A stretch of DNA of 64,000 nucleotides, from positions 1,248,001-1,312,000 of the forward strand of contig CAXWPL010000005.1 in NCBI GenBank assembly GCA_963666215.2, read 5' to 3'. A program made the translations under genes and the position numbers. This document shows positions 58,525 through 64,000 of the stretch, one piece after another (within the stretch, counting starts at the first letter, position 1; every line of letters begins with the position of its first letter). The notes below the pieces were generated by a model. It ran no database searches, was not told the DNA's origin, and saw nothing but the letters and a program-made list of their open reading frames with translations. The stretch is from Acidobacteriota bacterium (GTDB lineage: Bacteria; Acidobacteriota; UBA890; WLXD01).

Positions 58525-59018
58525 GCGTCCTCCCGTGAAACGTCGCCTATGAGTGCCGCGGTCTCAACCTCTATCAGGTCGAGGCACTCCTCGAAGGCGC
58601 CGCGGGCCTTGGCCTGATGTGTGGTTCGCATGACCTGCTTCACGGTAGGAGCCGGAGTGCTCTGTGTAAACCATCCTGGGACAGAGACTCTGGAGAGGCT
58701 TGGGGATCTTTCCATCCATTCTCATCTGGCTCGGGGGATCATTGGGGATCATTTGTAAGTGCTTTTCCATCAAGAGTTTGGAGTGGGTACCTAGGCTGTC
58801 TGGGGAAACGTGTCTCATCGGACTGAAGAAATTTTCTCCTTTGGAATTTCACTGGGAACCGTCGGCGAGAGCACTTGCAATCGTCGTCGGGTTTGATTGT
58901 CCACTTGCGACTGGGCCTCTGACCTTCGACTGAGCCGAGGGCTTCTCGGAGCGCCCACACGACCGAGCTGCTCGCTCCAGGGGACTCGATCTTCCCCCAG
59001 GGCCGCAGTAGGCCGCGA

Positions 59019-59753
59019 CTAATGATGCTTGTAGGAGACGTTCTGGGTGGAGGGACTCCAGCAAGCACGACAATCTCCGCACGAGGCGGGGCTCGTGGCG
59101 TAGGCTGGGCATTCGTATCCCAGTGGTTGGTGGAGCCGATGCACTGTGCTCGTGGGAAGGCCGTCAATCTCGTGTGCAGGGGAGTCCACGTGGGTCGAGG
59201 ACACTCGTATGGTTAGATTGTCCGGCTTCTCGTGTTGATCACGGAAACCCTTGACGAACGCATATTCTCGAGTCGGAAGCCAATGCTGAACGTCCGGCGT
59301 CATCCGTGCGACCGCTGCGATCCTCTCCAGCATCGATATCGATTGAAGGTCGCCCGAGTCGAACCACCTGAAGTAGGGCTGGCGGTTCTTTTCCGCCTGC
59401 CAGCCAACGAGCTCCGCCATGGCCGTGTTCCAGTCGGGGTGATCAGCTCGCGCCAGACGCCGCTCGTATGCTCGATTGACGGTCGGCCATCTGTAGGCGC
59501 CCTTCATGGCATAGCAGTCGTGGCAAACTGTGCCAGGGATCCTTTCGAGTCGCGAACCAGTCTTGCAGCTCGTTGCGGGAATCCCCCAGCTATGGCAGGG
59601 CATCTTTGAAGTTCGCGATAGGCCTCCGACGATCTCGGTAGCCTCGCTCCTACTGAGCTTCGGTCTTGCCTCAAGGACCAGCTCGTCTAGTGACCTGCGG
59701 TCTTGATCTTGGGCAGCTGCGCTGCTTCTATTGGCTACATCTCTTGAATCCAT
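59019..59753 (-). CDS. Phage Gp88-like Cys-rich protein
   Basis: SKMPC.SW.IPA..CKTG, VCHDCYA, FRWFDSGD, HWLPTRE, NLTIRVS, CPA...CGDCRACW. Confidence 0.75.
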   Translation of the reverse strand: MDSRDVANRSSAAAQDQDRRSLDELVLEARPKLSRSEATEIVGGLSRTSKMPCHSWGIPATSCKTGSRLERIPGTVCHDCYAMKGAYRWPTVNRAYERRLARADHPDWNTAMAELVGWQAEKNRQPYFRWFDSGDLQSISMLERIAAVARMTPDVQHWLPTREYAFVKGFRDQHEKPDNLTIRVSSTHVDSPAHEIDGLPTSTVHRLHQPLGYECPAYATSPASCGDCRACWSPSTQNVSYKHH

Positions 59754-59892
59754 CCGGCATCAAGGCCGGCAAATCCAATCCGCTTTGAGATGTTTGAACT
59801 GAGGTGGCTGTCAGACGTAGGACAAGCACCGTCGGTCGAGCAGCTGAACTGCAACGGCCCACGCCAGTGGACGGAGGGCGCGGCGGCGACAG

Positions 59893-60759
59893 TCAGTCGG
59901 CTGACTTGGAGAGAGCTTCTCGCTCTTCCAGCGCTGCGATCAGGCGCCGGATGTAGTCGAGCGGAGCACCGATGAGGTCCTCTACTTGGGAGAGCCCACG
60001 TACCAGGTCGGTCTCGTGGATAGCACCGCCGACTCTCACGAGCCCGTGCCGAATGACAACCTCGACGCTTCGATCATCTAGCTCAAATGACCAGACCCCG
60101 GTGACGGGATCTTCTTGGACAACGATCTCGATCGTAGCCGTCGGATCCGGCACAGAGGCCTTCACCTTGGCCTGCGTTTCGCTAGCAGGAGCCTCATCGC
60201 GGCTGGGAGCTTGCGGAGTTGACTCTCCCTCTACCCCAGAAGGCTCGTCTCCCGGCCCCGCTGGTCGCTCAACCGGTACCTTCAATCGGACGTGGCGAGC
60301 GCCGACTGCAGCTCTGAACATCGAGACCTCTCGAAGGTCCTCAGTGCTTGCCCATCCAATGCTCAATGACTGGTAGTCGAACTCCAGGCCTACGTAGGAT
60401 CCGGTGCGCTCGAGCACTGATGGTCTCGTCCGCTCGTCTTCATACCCGGCAATCAGGGCAGCGTTGATGCGAGCGGCCGCGTCAGCGATGTTCCGAAAGA
60501 ACTCCTTTTTGGCCAGCCGCCTCGCCCGATCGCGATTGCGCTCGACAACCACCTTCCACCCTTCGACAAACTCGAGTGTGAGCTGCTCGAAGGTCGTGAC
60601 GCTGTTGCTAGCCACGAGGCGAACGAGACGTTCTTGCTTCTCTGGAACTCGCCGTCTTGTCTTCCTTGCGCCTTTCCTCGCCCCGAGAGCGTTGCCCCCG
60701 ATCACCACGGCCTCGAGGAGCTTGTCGACGTCAAGGGTGCTCGGATCGAAGGAATCCAT
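59893..60759 (-). CDS. Hypothetical protein
   Basis: 288-aa ORF starting 4 bp after the relaxase stop. Confidence 0.55.
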   Translation of the reverse strand: MDSFDPSTLDVDKLLEAVVIGGNALGARKGARKTRRRVPEKQERLVRLVASNSVTTFEQLTLEFVEGWKVVVERNRDRARRLAKKEFFRNIADAAARINAALIAGYEDERTRPSVLERTGSYVGLEFDYQSLSIGWASTEDLREVSMFRAAVGARHVRLKVPVERPAGPGDEPSGVEGESTPQAPSRDEAPASETQAKVKASVPDPTATIEIVVQEDPVTGVWSFELDDRSVEVVIRHGLVRVGGAIHETDLVRGLSQVEDLIGAPLDYIRRLIAALEEREALSKSAD

Positions 60760-60763
60760 GTCT

Positions 60764-61639
60764 CTACTCTGCAAGAGCGTGTGGCGGTTCGTCCAGGCTC
60801 GTGTGCCAGCAGGCGAGATCCAGATTGCCACGAGATCCTATTACGTCCTTGGTGGTCACCCAGATCAGGGGCTGCAGGTCGGTCTGCGCTGCGGTTCGGA
60901 GGAACCCATCTCGGCGTCTTTCGTTTGGGACGATGCAGAGGACACGAAATCCCTGGAAGTTCTGACCGAACATCTGTGAGTAGTGATCCTCCCCAAGGGC
61001 GTCGAAGGCGTCACGATACCTCGTGAATTTCCGCTCGATGCTGCTCATGTGGCGTCCGGAAAGAGGTTCAGTACCCCTGTCGACCTCGAGGAGGAAGAGC
61101 GCCGCAGGTCCGTCGTTCCTCTCGAGCGAGAGTGCGCCATCAGGAACCAAAAGGCGGCGATGGCCCTTCACCCTTAGAGCGATACGACGCCGTCTCCGGC
61201 CCGCCTTTCGGACTTCTTCATAGGGCGGTACAAAGCTGTATCCAAATCGTGAGCTCGAGTCGGTGCAAGCCTCTCGCAACCAGATTCGAAAGTCCGACAG
61301 CTCGCGGTGGTGCTCGAGGAACTTGACTCCTTCCGGACTTCTCGACGGTGGAAGCAGGTCGTTAGGAGATACAGATTCTGCGTGCGCAACCAACGTAGCT
61401 CCTGCTCTAGCAAGACAAAACCACTGAGTCTGGAATGCCGAGCTACCGCCACCTTCTGGCTTGAAGCTCTGGAGAAGATGTCGCGAGCGGAGCACCCGAA
61501 GACGGCGCCTTGCTAACGCCAGATGGCCGAAGTGAAGGCGTGCGATCTGTGGAGTGCACAGGTACCTGTACAACCAGAGGTCTCGGAGCACCGAAAGGTC
61601 GCGCGTTGTCACTCGGACCCCTGGGACTGGCTTCGGCAC
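60764..61639 (-). CDS. Replication-relaxation family protein (relaxase-like)
   Basis: TTRDLSVL, YRYLCTPQIARLHF, ARRRLRVL, LEHH, VPDG, FLLEVDRGTE. Confidence 0.85.
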   Translation of the reverse strand: MPKPVPGVRVTTRDLSVLRDLWLYRYLCTPQIARLHFGHLALARRRLRVLRSRHLLQSFKPEGGGSSAFQTQWFCLARAGATLVAHAESVSPNDLLPPSRSPEGVKFLEHHRELSDFRIWLREACTDSSSRFGYSFVPPYEEVRKAGRRRRRIALRVKGHRRLLVPDGALSLERNDGPAALFLLEVDRGTEPLSGRHMSSIERKFTRYRDAFDALGEDHYSQMFGQNFQGFRVLCIVPNERRRDGFLRTAAQTDLQPLIWVTTKDVIGSRGNLDLACWHTSLDEPPHALAE

Positions 61640-61885
61640 GCTTGGATGATAGCCCCCAGGCAGTCGCCAGACTCATCCGTACCAACATCATCGGGTAGCA
61701 GATCGGCAGAGATCACGTGAACTATTGGGCTGCACCCGGGTCCACTTCTCGCCTCTAGCCTCTTGGTGCACATGGTTCACAAAGGCGTCACAAACGGCCG
61801 ACAGGGGAATCTGTGACCTTCACGTCTACCCTGGACAGCCGAGATCGTGGGTCGTGGGCGACGCCAAGCGAGACGGGCCGAGGCG

Positions 61886-61934
61886 GTGACTGAAAATCAC
61901 GGTGTCGGTGGTTCGATTCCGCCCCTGGGCACCA
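61886..61934 (+). other. 3' half of tRNA-Phe(GAA), att-type fragment
   Basis: GTGA-CTGAAAA-TCAC GGTGTCGGTGGTTCGATTCCGCCCCTGGGCACCA; no matching 5' acceptor strand or D arm upstream. Confidence 0.85.
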
Positions 61935-62465
61935 CGCCAACTCTCTTAGTAACAGCCACTTGGATAGAGTTTCCCACCTCAACGCTTGTCGAATTAGGTA
62001 GCTTCGGGGTCCACATGGGGTCCAACCGGCGCTGTTTCGCCCGCCAGCAACGGCGCCTAAAAAACAGGAAATGACCGAGCCCCGAGTTGAGGTGAGCCAC
62101 TCCGACAAGGTTAAGCGGAGATCAGCCGGGAGGGGGATGAGTACTGGCAAAGGGACATTACACTCTGATCCCAGACCGCCGGCTCGGGGACTGAGGTTTA
62201 GGGGTGTTCGGCAGACGGACGGGGGCCCCGCGGAAGCTGGACCCTGAAACAGGCCACCCTCGTGCTGCCCGCCGCCGTCATCGCGGTAGCGTCACCAGCT
62301 GGTGGTCGAAGCGGGCGGCGGCCGGCCCCACGGTCACCGCCTCGGGCCTCTGAGATGATACCGAAGGCAGCGCAGCAGTGCCGCTCGGCATTCGTGCATC
62401 CCACTACCTGGCTCGGCGTTCTAGTCCTGTTGGCGGGCGGCGCTACAGGGAAGAGGGCGTTCTCG

Positions 62466-63989
62466 TTACAAGGGCGGAGGAGGCTTCTTGTCGGGTCGCT
62501 TGCCGTAGTCGGGCTTGGCGTGTAGGTCGACCGCCTTGGCGTTCTCCTCTTCCTCTGTGGGCGGTGTGACGCCGCTAGCGAGCAGGATGCCTTCGACGGC
62601 TGCGATGGTCACGAGCGAGGGCTTGGAGTTGCCGAACCTGTAGCCGCGCGCGATCGTCAAAGGTGTCCATCCGTACTTGTTGGGCTGGTTCCAGACCTCG
62701 ATCTCGGCACCGCTCGCGGCTAAGAAGCCGACTGCTTCGGGGAGGTTCTTGTAGGCCGCACCATGCATGGCGGTTTCGCCGTTGTCGTCGATCGCGTTGA
62801 TGTCGGCGCCGAGCTCCAGCGCCACTTCCAGCGCCTCGAGCACCTCGTTCTCGGTGCCCGCGTCTTCACCGGGAGACCGTGTCCCGAGGCCGGCCGCCGC
62901 CATGAGCGCCGTCGAGTTCTGGTCGTTCCTGAGCTGCGGATCCGCACCCAACTCGGCCAGCGTCCTCATCAGCTCGGCGTCCGCAGTCAGCGCGGCGAGC
63001 AAGAACGGTGTCGCACCGAGCTCGTCGAACCGCGTGTTGTTCAGGCGTGGCTTCTCGGTCATTCTCGCGTTCATGTCCGCGCCGTGCTCTGCTATGTCTC
63101 TGACGAAATCGAGACTGCTCATGGAGCCCGATCCGTCGGGGCGCGGGTTGTTGTCGCCGGCGCCCGGCTTGCGGACTCGCGCCAGCATGTGCAGAACGGT
63201 GTAGCCGGGTGCAGCGGCGTCCGGATCCGCGCCGGCGTCCAGTAGTTGGGCCGCGAGCTCGAAATGGCCGTTCGTCACGGCCACGAAAAGCGGGCTCGAG
63301 CCGGGTCGGATGGACCGCCCTCCTCCAAGAGGCCGCTGGCGCTCGGTTGGCTCGAGCGGTGTCGGTTCGTTCACATACGCTCCCGCCTCGAGGAGGGCCT
63401 CAACGACTTCCATCCGCCCTTCCCTCACGGCAAAGAGCAGGGGTGTGAACCCGGAGTCGAGCGGCGTCCGGAAGTCCGCGCCGGCCTGGATGAGTTCTTT
63501 GACAACGTCGACATGTCCCTCCGCTGCCGCCCACATGAGGGCTGTCTGTCCGCGCCGGTTGTCGCGGGCGTGGGCGTCGGCGGCGCTTTCGAGGAGCGCC
63601 ACAACGGCCCCCAGGCTGCCTGTGCGAGCGGCGGTCATCAGCGCGGTCTCGCCACCCGGCAGCACCGTGTTGGGGTCGGCGCCGGCCGCGAGCAACCGCT
63701 CGACCATCTCGGCGTTGGCGTTCGTGCAGGCGAGCGACAGAGACGTCACGCCATACCGGTTGGCGGCTAAAACGTCGGCTCCTGCACCCACCAGCAGTTG
63801 CACCAGCTCCAGATCGTTGTGGTACGCGGCCCACAGCAAGGCCGTCATGCCATCGACCTGGGCTGCGTCGACGCCGACGCGGTGCTGTAGGAGCGTCCGG
63901 ACGGTCGTCCGATCCAACGCTTCCGCCGCGTCCGCCAATCGCGTATCCGTGCCGGCAGAGAGCAGCGTTGCGGTCAAGAAGAGCGGCAC
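62466..63989 (-). CDS. Ankyrin repeat protein (start may lie beyond the window)
   Basis: Repeated GxTAL/TPL..AA..G...V..LL..GAD motifs. Confidence 0.92.
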   Translation of the reverse strand: MPLFLTATLLSAGTDTRLADAAEALDRTTVRTLLQHRVGVDAAQVDGMTALLWAAYHNDLELVQLLVGAGADVLAANRYGVTSLSLACTNANAEMVERLLAAGADPNTVLPGGETALMTAARTGSLGAVVALLESAADAHARDNRRGQTALMWAAAEGHVDVVKELIQAGADFRTPLDSGFTPLLFAVREGRMEVVEALLEAGAYVNEPTPLEPTERQRPLGGGRSIRPGSSPLFVAVTNGHFELAAQLLDAGADPDAAAPGYTVLHMLARVRKPGAGDNNPRPDGSGSMSSLDFVRDIAEHGADMNARMTEKPRLNNTRFDELGATPFLLAALTADAELMRTLAELGADPQLRNDQNSTALMAAAGLGTRSPGEDAGTENEVLEALEVALELGADINAIDDNGETAMHGAAYKNLPEAVGFLAASGAEIEVWNQPNKYGWTPLTIARGYRFGNSKPSLVTIAAVEGILLASGVTPPTEEEENAKAVDLHAKPDYGKRPDKKPPPPL

Positions 63990-64000
63990 GATCAGGAATC

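Larger units (their letters stand above)
55613..62030. mobile_element. Composite genomic island at tRNA-Leu(CAA)
   Basis: Integrase, Xis-like, HicB, relaxase and a tRNA-Phe fragment; boundaries approximate. Confidence 0.7.

Noticed and set aside
61788-62150. 120-aa ORF containing WCPGAESNHRHRDFQS
   Set aside because: Antisense translation of the tRNA-Phe fragment

Overview
GC-rich bacterial chromosome segment, probably Acidobacteriota (inferred from the PadR + ADOP-type permease pair, M14 peptidase and ankyrin protein). Housekeeping blocks: about 0.4-21 kb (bactofilin, amidohydrolase, mutM, histone-like protein, SDR, M14 peptidase) and 40.9-55.5 kb (sodium:solute symporter, dnaB, alr, sufT, pepA, oppDF, TolC). 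Two accessory regions start at tRNA-Leu genes. The first, leftward from tRNA-Leu(TAA), has integrase, IS3, Xis-like, primase and DUF3987 genes, then an IS1595 with a Panacea toxin-antitoxin pair, DinJ-YafQ and a serine resolvase. The second, rightward from tRNA-Leu(CAA), has HicB, integrase, Xis-like, Gp88-like and relaxase genes and a tRNA-Phe half. Features the ORF track misses: two UGA-recoded selenoproteins (Rdx and OsmC-like) with SECIS-like hairpins; three paralogues of an unrecognised ~120-aa protein, one behind a 10-bp-phased ATTAGT array and one behind a sigma54 promoter; and iteron-like repeats bracketing the DUF3987 gene. Several IS481 copies look scrambled and may be consensus artefacts, so frameshifts in this window need caution. 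No CRISPR array or rRNA seen. All family calls come from motif recognition by eye, not database searches.
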